A stretch of DNA of 61,632 nt, from positions 1 through 61,632 of IMG/VR virus record IMGVR_UViG_3300011116_000062; one strand, given 5' to 3'. The notes under the pieces were generated by a model. The model had not been told where the DNA came from and did no database searches. It worked only from the letters and a program-made list of their open reading frames with translations. Positions 8,278-17,541 of the stretch are shown here, piece after piece. The first letter of the stretch is position 1, and each line of letters opens with the position of its first letter. The stretch is from a virus (taxonomy: Duplodnaviria > Caudoviricetes). The translations under genes were made by a program, and so were the position numbers.

Positions 8278-8393
8278 TGTTCCGGGCCATCAGATGGTGG
8301 TGGCTTAGACACAAAGCCGATGTCATACGGGAGTGGGGGCGCGTCCCCCCTCCCAACTGGCGTTGTTCACGAGGAGGGAGGGAATACTGGTGA
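8277..8393 (+). CDS. Small hypothetical protein (38 aa, MFRAIRWWW...)
   Basis: TAATG and GTGA overlaps with neighbours; GGAG RBS. Confidence 0.45.
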   Translation: MFRAIRWWWLRHKADVIREWGRVPPPNWRCSRGGREYW

Positions 8394-8617
8394 ACAGCAA
8401 AGACGAAGACGAAGCCTTTGAAATCGAGATGTCGGCACACCCTTGGGGGTACGGACAGCAACGTAAAGAAGACTTTGAATTCGCCATGGCTGCTATCCGT
8501 ATGCATGGACTCTGGAATGAAGCGTTGGTAATCATGAATGAGATTCAACGACTCAAGGCTGAACTAGAAGAAGCGAGGAAAAAATCGTGCCCCACGAATA
8601 CATCAAAGACAGACTGA
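8390..8617 (+). CDS. Hypothetical protein
   Basis: GTG start after GGAGGG. Confidence 0.6.
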   Translation: MNSKDEDEAFEIEMSAHPWGYGQQRKEDFEFAMAAIRMHGLWNEALVIMNEIQRLKAELEEARKKSCPTNTSKTD

Positions 8618-8823
8618 ATCAACAGATACGTGACCTGACTCATGAAAACTCCATACTCAAGAACTCCCTGTACCGCAAGGACAGGGAATATATCGATTTA
8701 CAGACGCGCTACAACGATGCCCATGAGAACGTCAATTTTTTAAGCGTAATACTTGGTGTGGCGCTGTTACTGCTGATCGGTGTGACGATTGCAGCCATCA
8801 GACATTGGGGAGGTGCGCCGTGA
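8587..8823 (+). CDS. Coiled-coil protein with C-terminal TM helix
   Basis: Hydrophobic FLSVILGVALLLLIGVTIAAI segment. Confidence 0.65.
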   Translation: MPHEYIKDRLNQQIRDLTHENSILKNSLYRKDREYIDLQTRYNDAHENVNFLSVILGVALLLLIGVTIAAIRHWGGAP

Positions 8824-9050
8824 CCCCAAGCAACGACCAAATCAACGAGTGGCTCAAGGCCGCAGAGGCTTCAGAGCAGCCACGCTTCATTGTCTTTGCC
8901 ACGCTTGCCGCCGAATGGGGTGCGAAGCAGGAGCGTGAGGCGTGTGCGAAGTTGGTGGAATCACGCAAGACGGGCGCAAACGAGTTGATGGATGCGGTGC
9001 GCGACATGGAAGCCGCCGCCATCCGCAAGCGAGGGAAGGTGAAGCCGTGA
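8820..9050 (+). CDS. Hypothetical protein
   Basis: EREACAKL motif common in phage small genes; GTGA overlap. Confidence 0.65.
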   Translation: MTPSNDQINEWLKAAEASEQPRFIVFATLAAEWGAKQEREACAKLVESRKTGANELMDAVRDMEAAAIRKRGKVKP

Positions 9051-9187
9051 GTGAGAATCCCGAAACAGTCAAAGCCTTGCAAGAAGAAGCCGAGAGAGAG
9101 GCTGAGCGACTTAAACAATTAGGTTGGACGCGGACAGATTTTGTGAATGCCCTCATCGCGGAGTTGGACAAGGAGGTAAAGCCGTGA
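9047..9187 (+). CDS. Hypothetical protein
   Basis: GTGA overlaps at both ends. Confidence 0.55.
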   Translation: MSENPETVKALQEEAEREAERLKQLGWTRTDFVNALIAELDKEVKP

Positions 9188-9537
9188 GCGACAGCATCCC
9201 GCTGCACAAAAGCGATTGTGCGTTGCTTCTTGGCGGCTATCAATGCACCTGCGGGCTTCACCAACGGGATAGCAAGACGCTCCCCGCCGAGCAGCCGAAG
9301 CCCGAGGCGTTTCAGGTGGCAAAGCAGTTGACGCTGCGTGCGATTGAGGAATTGACCGAAGATAATGTCCGACTACGCCTTGAGAACGGGCGGCTGCGGG
9401 AGGCGTTGGAGAAGTCGCTGACTGATGAACAGATCCAGCAGATTGCCGCGTCGATTGACCGCTCAATGCCGCTTGGGTCAGCCAAAATCTTGTTTGCTCG
9501 ACGCATTGAAGCCGCCCTGCGGCGGGAGGAGACATGA
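9184..9537 (+). CDS. Hypothetical protein
   Basis: AGGAGG RBS and GTG start. Confidence 0.6.
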   Translation: MSDSIPLHKSDCALLLGGYQCTCGLHQRDSKTLPAEQPKPEAFQVAKQLTLRAIEELTEDNVRLRLENGRLREALEKSLTDEQIQQIAASIDRSMPLGSAKILFARRIEAALRREET

Positions 9538-9827
9538 CCATCCCGAAGCAATTCCAGTACAACGGTCACATCGTACAGGTGCGGTTGATACAGCCATCGG
9601 CATGGCCTCACCCGCAGGACACCATCGGTTGCCTTGACCCTGATTACATGACCATCGACCTGCGTAAGGATGCATGTCCAAGCGTACTGCACCAGAAGTT
9701 CCTGCACGAAGTTGTGCATTTGATATTACTGCCCATCGACCGGGAACTTGCTGAGAACGAGGTGTTCGTGGAACAACTGAGTCAAGTGATGAACCAACTT
9801 GGCATGACGGTAGAGGGGACGAAATGA
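9534..9827 (+). CDS. Small zincin-like (HExxH) protein
   Basis: FLHEVVH...ENEVFV. Confidence 0.65.
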   Translation: MTIPKQFQYNGHIVQVRLIQPSAWPHPQDTIGCLDPDYMTIDLRKDACPSVLHQKFLHEVVHLILLPIDRELAENEVFVEQLSQVMNQLGMTVEGTK

Positions 9828-10069
9828 CTCCCGACGACGAACTTGACCCAAACACGCTATACGCGAATGGCTTTGAGGATGCACTCATCGGGCGTGGTTG
9901 GCAGCACACGAAACTGCTCGCCGTGTACGACTACAACAAGTGCGTAGAGATACTTATGGAACGCGATGAGATGACGCACGAGGAGGCCATCGAGTGGATG
10001 GAGTACAACGTAGTCGGGGCGTATGTCGGTGAGCACACGCCGATATTCATGCTGCCGAAGGAGGAGTAA
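9824..10069 (+). CDS. Conserved phage hypothetical protein
   Basis: GFEDALIG...EEAIEWMEYNVVGAYVGEHTPIF. Confidence 0.75.
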   Translation: MTPDDELDPNTLYANGFEDALIGRGWQHTKLLAVYDYNKCVEILMERDEMTHEEAIEWMEYNVVGAYVGEHTPIFMLPKEE

Positions 10070-10070
10070 G

Positions 10071-10271
10071 GTGGGAACGGAAGAAGACATACTTGATCTG
10101 ATCCGTTCGTTGCCCGATGAGATGAACAACTTCTCGACGACGACGGAGATGAAGTTCCTGACGGTAGGCAGCGTCCTCTGGGCGTGTCGTGATGAAATTA
10201 TTTACCTGCGTAGGCGGGTGAGGGAGTTGGAACATGGTCAAAAAGGTAAAACTAAGAGCAAAGTCCGTTAG
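10071..10271 (+). CDS. Hypothetical protein
   Basis: GTG start after GGAGGAG. Confidence 0.55.
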   Translation: MGTEEDILDLIRSLPDEMNNFSTTTEMKFLTVGSVLWACRDEIIYLRRRVRELEHGQKGKTKSKVR

Positions 10272-10542
10272 GGACTGCGTTACCTATCCGATAGCCGACC
10301 CTGAAAGGGAGAAGGCGTGGGACAGGTTCATACGGAGTTGGGACGGTAAAACCATGAGACATTCGTTCCCCAAGGATGAACATGGAGCCAGATTCCCGCT
10401 TGGCGGGTGCTACTACGAACTGTGGTGCATCGCTTGGGAGTTTGCGTGGGACGCAGGGTGGCGTAAGCGGTGGGAAGTAGAGGCGAAGGAAGCCGAGGAA
10501 GCAAAAAATGCAACGCCCAAAAAAGGTAAGAAAGTGCCCTGA
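10234..10542 (+). CDS. Hypothetical protein
   Basis: 102 aa; GGAG RBS. Confidence 0.55.
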   Translation: MVKKVKLRAKSVRDCVTYPIADPEREKAWDRFIRSWDGKTMRHSFPKDEHGARFPLGGCYYELWCIAWEFAWDAGWRKRWEVEAKEAEEAKNATPKKGKKVP

Positions 10543-10678
10543 GTGCAAGCGGGTGTTCGCCAACCCCGAATCGTTTCGTATGCACAAGTTAAAAGGCATC
10601 GGGTGCAGGACAGCAGAAGGACTGATAGCCCGAGGCTACATAGTGATTGATGGGAAGTGGATAAACAAAGTTAAATGA
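10508..10678 (+). CDS. Small zinc-finger protein (56 aa)
   Basis: Not in the ORF track; CPECKRVF...FRMH...C. Confidence 0.55.
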   Translation: MQRPKKVRKCPECKRVFANPESFRMHKLKGIGCRTAEGLIARGYIVIDGKWINKVK

Positions 10679-10687
10679 GGAGGTGTT

Positions 10688-12547
10688 ATGAGTTTCGTGA
10701 CGCTCGATTTCGAGACGTACTACGCCAAGGACTTCTCTCTGTCCAAGATGACTACCGAGGAGTACATCCGCGATCCTAGGTTTGAAGTTATTGGTGTCAG
10801 CATCAAGGTCGATGATGACATCCCCGAATGGATCACAGGGCCGAAAGATTTCATCAAGGCTAAGTTGGACAGGATCGATTGGGCTAACTCAGCGGTGCTG
10901 TGTCACAACACACAGTTCGATGGGGCCATCCTTGCATGGCACTTCGGAATAGTGCCTTCGTATTACTTCGATACGCTTTGCATGGCGAGAGCCGTACATG
11001 GTGTGGAAGCGGGTGGGTCGCTCAAGGCTTTGGCCGAGCGGTATCGGTTAGGCGAGAAAGGTACCGAGGTCATCAATGCTCTGGGCAAGTACCGCAAGGA
11101 CTTCACTAATAGTGAACTTGCCGACTACGGCGAATACTGCTGTAACGATGTCGCTCTGACATTCAAATTATTCAACGTGTTGATGTCGGACTACTTCCCA
11201 CAGTCGGAACTAGACCTGATCGACATGACGTTGCGTATGTACACACAGCCGGTGCTGCAAGTGAACGATGCTTTGCTCATCGAGAGATTGGAGGAGATTA
11301 AGCAAGAGAAGACAGAACTCCTGCACAGTCTCAAGGCCAATCTCAAGTGCGAAACTGAAGAAGATGTACGCAAGAAGTTGGCAAGCAACCCGCAATTCGC
11401 TCAGGTGTTGATTGACCACGGCGTTGAGCCGCCCAAGAAAGTAAGTCTTACCACAGGTAAGGAAACGTGGGCGTTGGCTAAGAACGACGAGGGGTTTATC
11501 GCGTTATCGGAACACGATAATCCCTTTATCCAACAACTATGCGCGGTTCGTTTGGGTACTAAGTCCACCATCGAGGAGTCGCGTATCGAGCGGTTCATCA
11601 GCATCGGTTCTCGCAATCGAGGTCGGCTCCCTATCCCGTTGAAATACTACGGCGCACATACTGGGCGTTGGGCCGGGTCTGACTCGGTAAACTTCCAGAA
11701 CTTGCCTAGCCGGGATAAAAAGAAGAAGACGCTGAAGAACTCAGTCTCCGCCCCCGATGGTCAAATGGTAATTAACTGTGACTCATCACAGATTGAAGCG
11801 CGTGTGCTGGCGTGGCTTGCCGGTCAAGATGATGTAACTGAGCAGTTCCGCAAGGGAGACGATGTGTACAGCATCTTCGCTACCAAGATTTACAAGCAGC
11901 CCATCAGCAAGGCCAACCCTGTCGAACGCTTCGTCGGCAAGACCTGCATCCTCGGACTGGGTTACGGGACTGGCGCTGCCAAGTTACGTCACACGCTAAA
12001 GACTCAGCCGCCGGGCGCAGACTTACCTGAAGATGAGTGCAAGCGCATCGTGGACCTGTATCGCAACACCAACGACAAGATCGTTGAATTATGGCGCGAG
12101 TGTGATTATGCATTAAATTGCATAATGTCTTGGCCTGAAGGCAAGAAGCCTTTCTATCTCGGTGCGCGTAAGTGCGTGACGATTGACAGCAAGGGGGTGC
12201 GCCTACCCAATGGCCTATACATCCGCTACCCCAACCTGCGGGTTGAGGACGACAAGACTGTCTATGATTCTCGTAAAGGAACCGTGTCGATTTGGGGCGG
12301 GGCCATGGTTGAGAACGTGGTACAGGCACTTGCAAGAATCATAGTCGGTGAACAAATGCTGAACATGCGTGACACTTACCGACCCGTCCTGACAGTCCAT
12401 GACGCAGCGGTGGTTGTTACTCACAAGGAGAAGAAGGACGAGGCGCTTGCGTTTATAACACAAGTAATGTCTACTCCTCCTGAATGGGCAGCAGGTTTGC
12501 CGGTCGCTTGCGAAGCCAAGTACGGCGAGTCCTATGGAGAATGTTAG
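10688..12547 (+). CDS. polA: DNA polymerase family A (3'-5' exonuclease + polymerase), Leu762 type
   Basis: DFETY exo I, DSSQIEAR motif A, RxxxKTCILGLGYG motif B, TVHD motif C. Confidence 0.95.
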   Translation: MSFVTLDFETYYAKDFSLSKMTTEEYIRDPRFEVIGVSIKVDDDIPEWITGPKDFIKAKLDRIDWANSAVLCHNTQFDGAILAWHFGIVPSYYFDTLCMARAVHGVEAGGSLKALAERYRLGEKGTEVINALGKYRKDFTNSELADYGEYCCNDVALTFKLFNVLMSDYFPQSELDLIDMTLRMYTQPVLQVNDALLIERLEEIKQEKTELLHSLKANLKCETEEDVRKKLASNPQFAQVLIDHGVEPPKKVSLTTGKETWALAKNDEGFIALSEHDNPFIQQLCAVRLGTKSTIEESRIERFISIGSRNRGRLPIPLKYYGAHTGRWAGSDSVNFQNLPSRDKKKKTLKNSVSAPDGQMVINCDSSQIEARVLAWLAGQDDVTEQFRKGDDVYSIFATKIYKQPISKANPVERFVGKTCILGLGYGTGAAKLRHTLKTQPPGADLPEDECKRIVDLYRNTNDKIVELWRECDYALNCIMSWPEGKKPFYLGARKCVTIDSKGVRLPNGLYIRYPNLRVEDDKTVYDSRKGTVSIWGGAMVENVVQALARIIVGEQMLNMRDTYRPVLTVHDAAVVVTHKEKKDEALAFITQVMSTPPEWAAGLPVACEAKYGESYGEC

Positions 12548-12549
12548 TT

Positions 12550-12894
12550 ATGACTGAATCAAGACTTGATGAGATGCGTAGGCAAGTAGCAGAGTTTCAC
12601 GCTAAGCATCCCGAAGTGTGGCGGCTCTTTGAGCAGTTCACGTTTCAGATGATCGGGCGTGGGTTCAAACACTACTCCGTTAACGCGGTCTTTGAGCGTA
12701 TCCGATGGGAGATGGATGTCGGAGGAGATGGTGTTGATACGTTCAAATTAAACAATAACTACAGAGCGTTCTACGCTAGACGGTTTATGAAGATACACCC
12801 GCAGTACGATGGGTTCTTCAGGACTCGGGTACAAGTATCCGACCACCGTCCTGCCACTAGGATGCCTGAACTTACGCCGCACGATTACCAATGA
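12550..12894 (+). CDS. Conserved phage hypothetical protein
   Basis: FERIRWE...FKLNNNYRAFYARRF. Confidence 0.75.
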   Translation: MTESRLDEMRRQVAEFHAKHPEVWRLFEQFTFQMIGRGFKHYSVNAVFERIRWEMDVGGDGVDTFKLNNNYRAFYARRFMKIHPQYDGFFRTRVQVSDHRPATRMPELTPHDYQ

Positions 12895-13544
12895 TCCAAT
12901 GGAGTTATAGCAGTCTCAAGGAATTCTTGAACTGCCCCAAACAGTATTACCACCTGAAGGTAGCGAAGGACTACCAGAAACAGACTACGCCCCAGATGTT
13001 CTACGGGAGCGAGGTACACAAGGCGCTTGAAGATTACGTTCGTGAAGGCAAGCCTCTCGCCAAGAACTACGAGTTCATCAAGCCTGTGCTTGATGAGTTG
13101 TTAGCGATACCCGGTGAGAAGTATCCAGAACACAAGATGGCGTTGACCGTCGATAAGGAGCCATGTGACTTTGATGCTGAGAACCGATGGGTACGTGGCA
13201 TCGTTGACCTGTTGATTGTGGATGGTGAGACTGCTTACATCATCGATTACAAGACAGGCAGCAATCGATACCCAGACCCGAAGCAGTTGAAGTTGATGGC
13301 GTTGATGACTTACGCGCACTTCCCAGCGGTCAAAAGAATCAAAGCAGGTCTGTTGTTTGTACTGAAGAACACCTTCATACCTGAAGAGTATCAACGAGAC
13401 GAGTCTGAAAACCTTTGGAAAGGGTTCATCAACGACACCAACCGACTAAAACTCGCCTACGAGAACTCCATGTGGCCTCCGCAGCCGACTGGTTTATGCG
13501 GGTGGTGTCCTGTTAGTAGTTGTAAGTTTTATAAAGAGAGGTAA
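12891..13544 (+). CDS. PD-(D/E)XK exonuclease (Cas4/RecB-like)
   Basis: WSYS...CP, GIVD...IDYKTG, CGWCPVSSC. Confidence 0.9.
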   Translation: MIQWSYSSLKEFLNCPKQYYHLKVAKDYQKQTTPQMFYGSEVHKALEDYVREGKPLAKNYEFIKPVLDELLAIPGEKYPEHKMALTVDKEPCDFDAENRWVRGIVDLLIVDGETAYIIDYKTGSNRYPDPKQLKLMALMTYAHFPAVKRIKAGLLFVLKNTFIPEEYQRDESENLWKGFINDTNRLKLAYENSMWPPQPTGLCGWCPVSSCKFYKER

Positions 13545-13547
13545 GTT

Positions 13548-13934
13548 ATGAATGCGTATGAATATGATATCGAGTTGCAAAAACTTAAACTCCACCTCAG
13601 GAGGACGCGCGACCGGGTGGCCCATCTCAACGATGAAATCAATATTCATAAATCGGTGATTCGCGGATACAGGAACAGGCACTCAGACTTGCTCATTAGT
13701 TACGACCGATTAGTGAACAAGTTTGAGGCCAACTTCAAGTTTCATTCGTACATCAGGGATGTACTGGATCAGACCGCAGACTTAATGGAGAACTGCAATG
13801 CCGTACACGAAGACTCCGAGACCATACAAACACGAGTATCAGATGCAGTTAAAGCGCGGCGAACACGAGCGCCGAATGGAACGGCAACGCGCAAGAAACG
13901 AGTACGACAAGAAGGGTGTCAGCCGGAAAGGTAA
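13548..13934 (+). CDS. Hypothetical protein
   Basis: GAGG RBS; 3' end overlaps the HNH gene by 137 nt. Confidence 0.55.
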   Translation: MNAYEYDIELQKLKLHLRRTRDRVAHLNDEINIHKSVIRGYRNRHSDLLISYDRLVNKFEANFKFHSYIRDVLDQTADLMENCNAVHEDSETIQTRVSDAVKARRTRAPNGTATRKKRVRQEGCQPER

Positions 13935-14052
13935 GGACGTTGCTCATGTGAAGGCGCTGTCCAAGGGCGGCAGCAACCGCGACGGTACCCGCCTAGAGGC
14001 TCCTTCCAAGAACCGTTCTTTCGCCAGAAAGTCTAACGGGAAGATGAAGTAG
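13798..14052 (+). CDS. Small HNH-like endonuclease
   Basis: KDVAHVKALSKGGSN...NRS; GGAG RBS. Confidence 0.7.
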   Translation: MPYTKTPRPYKHEYQMQLKRGEHERRMERQRARNEYDKKGVSRKGKDVAHVKALSKGGSNRDGTRLEAPSKNRSFARKSNGKMK

Positions 14053-14059
14053 TGCAGGG

Positions 14060-14255
14060 CGTGTGCTATAAATTAACTCCGCTAAGCACAAGGCGTGAGT
14101 GTGTATTAGCGGGGAGTCTTACGTCACCCTCTCTGCTCCCCATGCGGATTCATAACACCGCTCAACCGCGTCTGTTGATGGCAGGACCAAACGATCATTG
14201 GGTCGCCTCCACCCTGAGCATCAGCCGTCTCGCCCACGTTACGGGCTTTAATTCT
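14060..14255 (+). ncRNA. Candidate structured RNA in the helicase leader
   Basis: 217-nt intergenic gap with several stems and a terminal hairpin followed by a U-rich stretch. Confidence 0.35.
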
Positions 14256-14269
14256 TAACGAGAACGGTC

Positions 14270-15880
14270 ATGGAAATCGTTGAAAACACGCTTTTAAAAG
14301 TCACGGTTCCTTACAGTATTGCTGATTCAGCGATACAGTCGATTGAGAAGTGCGAACTGCTTGCAGAGTACGGCACCAACAGGCAGGTCGCTGTTTACTG
14401 GGGCCACGACGAGGCTGAGCGTCTCGCGCAAATCTTTGATGCAGGACAGCCCAACCCGAAGATTCCCGATGTGCCGTCACCTATCTTCCGTGACTACAAC
14501 TGGCCGGGAATCCACACACCGTTCAAGCACCAGAGGGACACAGCGTCCTTCCTCTCGCTACGACATCGCGCGTTCTGCTTCAACGAAGCAGGTACGGGTA
14601 AGACCTCCGCAGCAATCTGGGCCGCTGACTACCTCATGAATCTGGGGTTAGTCAAGAAAGCCCTCGTTATCTGTCCGCTATCAATCATGCAGTCCGCATG
14701 GCAAGCAGACATCTTCAAGACAGCAATGCACAGGACATGTGGGATTGCTCACGGGACAAGCCTCAAGCGTAAAAAAATCCTTGGTGAGAACTTTGATTTC
14801 ACCATCATCAACTACGACGGCACCCATGTCGTGTTTAAGGAATTGCAGGAAGCGCGGTTCGACCTGATCATCATTGATGAAGCCAACGCCTACAAGACCT
14901 CGACGACCCGACGTTGGAAGACCTTGGCTAAATTGATTACGCCAAGTACTCGGCTCTGGATGATGACGGGTACACCTGCATCGCAGTCGCCTGTCGATGC
15001 GTTCGGTCTGGCTAAACTTATCTCGCCACAGCGAGTGCCGAAGTTCTCCGGTGCATGGCGCGACAAGGTGATGTACCAACTGACCCGCTTCAAGTGGGCA
15101 CCGAAGGTCACCGCACAGCAAGAAGTTCATAGTGCCTTGCAACCTGCAATCAGGTTTACCAAGCGGGAGTGTCTGGATCTACCGGACGTTACATATCAGA
15201 CTCGTGAAGTACCTATGAGCCCGCAAGCAGCGAAGTTCTATAAAGAACTAAAGCAGCAAATGTTAATTGAAGCTGCTGGCGAACAGATCAGCGCAGTCAA
15301 CGCTGCGGCATCTCTCACTAAACTTTTACAGATCAGCGGCGGCGCTGCCTATACCGACAAGCATCAAGTCATCGAGTTTGACATCAAGCCAAGGCTTAGC
15401 GAACTCAAAGATGTGCTTGACGAAACGTCAAACAAGGTTGTAGTATTCGTTCCGTACATACACACAATTGATGTGGTCTGTAAATTCTTAGTTTCGGAGG
15501 GTGTTAGCAACGAGGTGATACAAGGCTCGGTCGCACCGCGTAGAAGAGCAGAGATCATATCTTTGTTCCAGACCGCAGAAGACCCGCGAGTGCTTGTGAT
15601 TCAGCCTCAATCAGCAGCGCACGGTATCACGCTGACTGCCGCAGACACGATTGTGTTCTGGTCTCCGGTGATGTCAGTCGAGACATACCTGCAATGTATC
15701 GGGCGGATTGATCGTGTAGGACAGCAGAACAAGATGACGGTTGTGCATCTCCAAGGCTCAGACGTAGAGCGGCGGATGTACAACCTGCTACAGGGCAAAG
15801 TAGATAGCCATCAGAAGTTGGTGGATCTCTACAAGCAAGAGTTGGGTGAAACAAACGATGAAGAAGTGGAGGATGTATGA
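14270..15880 (+). CDS. SNF2-family SF2 helicase
   Basis: AGTGKT, IIDEA, MTGTP, HGITLT, GRIDRVGQ. Confidence 0.92.
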   Translation: MEIVENTLLKVTVPYSIADSAIQSIEKCELLAEYGTNRQVAVYWGHDEAERLAQIFDAGQPNPKIPDVPSPIFRDYNWPGIHTPFKHQRDTASFLSLRHRAFCFNEAGTGKTSAAIWAADYLMNLGLVKKALVICPLSIMQSAWQADIFKTAMHRTCGIAHGTSLKRKKILGENFDFTIINYDGTHVVFKELQEARFDLIIIDEANAYKTSTTRRWKTLAKLITPSTRLWMMTGTPASQSPVDAFGLAKLISPQRVPKFSGAWRDKVMYQLTRFKWAPKVTAQQEVHSALQPAIRFTKRECLDLPDVTYQTREVPMSPQAAKFYKELKQQMLIEAAGEQISAVNAAASLTKLLQISGGAAYTDKHQVIEFDIKPRLSELKDVLDETSNKVVVFVPYIHTIDVVCKFLVSEGVSNEVIQGSVAPRRRAEIISLFQTAEDPRVLVIQPQSAAHGITLTAADTIVFWSPVMSVETYLQCIGRIDRVGQQNKMTVVHLQGSDVERRMYNLLQGKVDSHQKLVDLYKQELGETNDEEVEDV

Positions 15881-16278
15881 GTTCGGTTAACACAGAGGAA
15901 TTGGTTGAAGCCTACATCGCGCTTCGTACTGAACGTGATTTGCTTCTCCGCGAGTATGAAGCCAAAGATGAAGTGTTGAAGGAGCAGATGTCTAAGTTGG
16001 AGGCCGCACTCCTCGATGTCTGCAACACCATCAACGCTGACAGTATCAAGACTAGTCATGGCACGGTGATGCGTAAGTTGAATGAACGCTTCTTCTGTCA
16101 AGACTGGGATAACTTCTATAACTTTGTTCTGAGCAACGAGGCTCCGCATCTGCTTGAGCGGCGCATCCATCAGAGCAACTTCAGGGAATTTTTGAATAGT
16201 CATGTCGCTGACGGGTTACCCCCCGGCATCAACGTGATGCGTGAATACGGCGTTTCAGTACGTAAAGCCAGCAAGTGA
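15877..16278 (+). CDS. Conserved phage replication-module coiled-coil protein
   Basis: SIKTSHGT...DWDNFY...LLERRI...PPG. Confidence 0.75.
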   Translation: MSSVNTEELVEAYIALRTERDLLLREYEAKDEVLKEQMSKLEAALLDVCNTINADSIKTSHGTVMRKLNERFFCQDWDNFYNFVLSNEAPHLLERRIHQSNFREFLNSHVADGLPPGINVMREYGVSVRKASK

Positions 16279-16285
16279 GGTTTGT

Positions 16286-17152
16286 ATGAGCAACGATATC
16301 ATTGCAAGTTTGAAGAACGAACTCGCCATCTCAGGTGGCGTTGACGATGACACCCGTGCAGTAGCCGGTGGCGGCGGTGGCGGTGGAATCAAGCGCATCT
16401 CCATCAAGGGTGGCGTGTTCCGCAAGTACGCAGGTGGCAAGGAGATTGGTGCCATCGAAGACCGGCACATGAACGTCATCTTCGTGAAGATGGCCCACAA
16501 CCCGAGCCGTACTTATTACTCTGGGTCGTACAAGGAAGGCGAGAAGACTTCGCCTATCTGTTGGTCATCCGATTCCAAGACCCCCGACGCAGAGGTCAAG
16601 AACCCACAGGCTTCCGCGTGTGAGAAGTGCCAATGGTCTGTGAAGGGCAGCGGTCAGGGCGGCAGCGGCACCGGGTGCCGTCTCTCGTGGAGAACTGCTG
16701 TTGTTCTTCCGCAGGATCCGGGCGGTGATGTGATGCAGTTGTCACTCCCCGCTACGTCTGCCTTCGGTAAGGAAGAGGGTGGCAAGTGGCCGTTCCGTCC
16801 CTACATTCAGATGCTTGCTAACAACAACATCTCGGCGGGTCGTGTCATCACCAAGATGCAGTTCGACACCAAGTCGCCTGTGCCGAAGTTGTTGTTCTCG
16901 CCTGTTGCTCCGGTTCCTCAAGAGGATGTAGATACCGTCCTGCGCCAGAAGGAGTCGAACGCGGCTGAGATGGCTGTCAAGATGACGGTGTTTCAGGCTG
17001 ACGAAAACGGCAACGGGTCGAGCAGCGCGAAGGAATCTGACGGTGAAGTCGAGGTTGCTCAGCCCATCCTGCGCGAGTCTGCTAAGAAGACGGAGGCGGC
17101 TGCTCCTGCGGCAGATGTCTCTGACATCGTAAAGAAGTGGTCTAAGAAGTAA
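16286..17152 (+). CDS. Putative ssDNA-binding protein
   Basis: RISIKGGVFR, Cys cluster, low-complexity acidic tail; position in the replication module. Confidence 0.55.
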   Translation: MSNDIIASLKNELAISGGVDDDTRAVAGGGGGGGIKRISIKGGVFRKYAGGKEIGAIEDRHMNVIFVKMAHNPSRTYYSGSYKEGEKTSPICWSSDSKTPDAEVKNPQASACEKCQWSVKGSGQGGSGTGCRLSWRTAVVLPQDPGGDVMQLSLPATSAFGKEEGGKWPFRPYIQMLANNNISAGRVITKMQFDTKSPVPKLLFSPVAPVPQEDVDTVLRQKESNAAEMAVKMTVFQADENGNGSSSAKESDGEVEVAQPILRESAKKTEAAAPAADVSDIVKKWSKK

Positions 17153-17161
17153 GGAGTCGAT

Positions 17162-17473
17162 ATGCCTCGTTCATACGACTACAAGTTCCTTTTGCAACTG
17201 CAAAAGTCAGACCCTACCCGCTTGGGGGTGAAACTTGGCCGCGTGTGCGTCGAGGCTAACCTTCCTGCGGCTTACGTGGCTAAAGTTCTTGAGACTTCCC
17301 GCACCACGGTTTACTCGTGGTTCCGAGGTCAGGGCGTACGCGAAGAGCGTAGGGCCAGAGTAGAGACGTTCATTGATCTGGTTGAGAGAGACATGAAAGA
17401 AGGAGTCCTTCCTGCCTCGACCATACTCGATGCGAAACTCTACTTGCGAGAACTTAGCGGAGGTCTGGTTTGA
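17162..17473 (+). CDS. XRE/Cro-like HTH protein
   Basis: AYVAKVLETSRTTVYSWFRG. Confidence 0.7.
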   Translation: MPRSYDYKFLLQLQKSDPTRLGVKLGRVCVEANLPAAYVAKVLETSRTTVYSWFRGQGVREERRARVETFIDLVERDMKEGVLPASTILDAKLYLRELSGGLV

Positions 17474-17498
17474 CCTAACCGGCTAGTCAATGACTGTT

Positions 17499-17527
17499 GG
17501 CGGGGGACCGCAGACCCCGCCTTTTTT
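17499..17527 (+). terminator. Intrinsic terminator upstream of the primase gene
   Basis: GGCGGGG/CCCCGCC stem followed by T6. Confidence 0.7.
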
Positions 17528-17541
17528 ATCTGTGGGCGGTC

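Noticed and set aside
12891-13544. Cas4-like nuclease as a CRISPR component
   Set aside because: Typical stand-alone phage replication-module exonuclease; no array or other cas genes
14052-14258. 68-aa ORF or tRNA in the intergenic gap
   Set aside because: No convincing RBS or protein features; no cloverleaf or T-loop consensus seen
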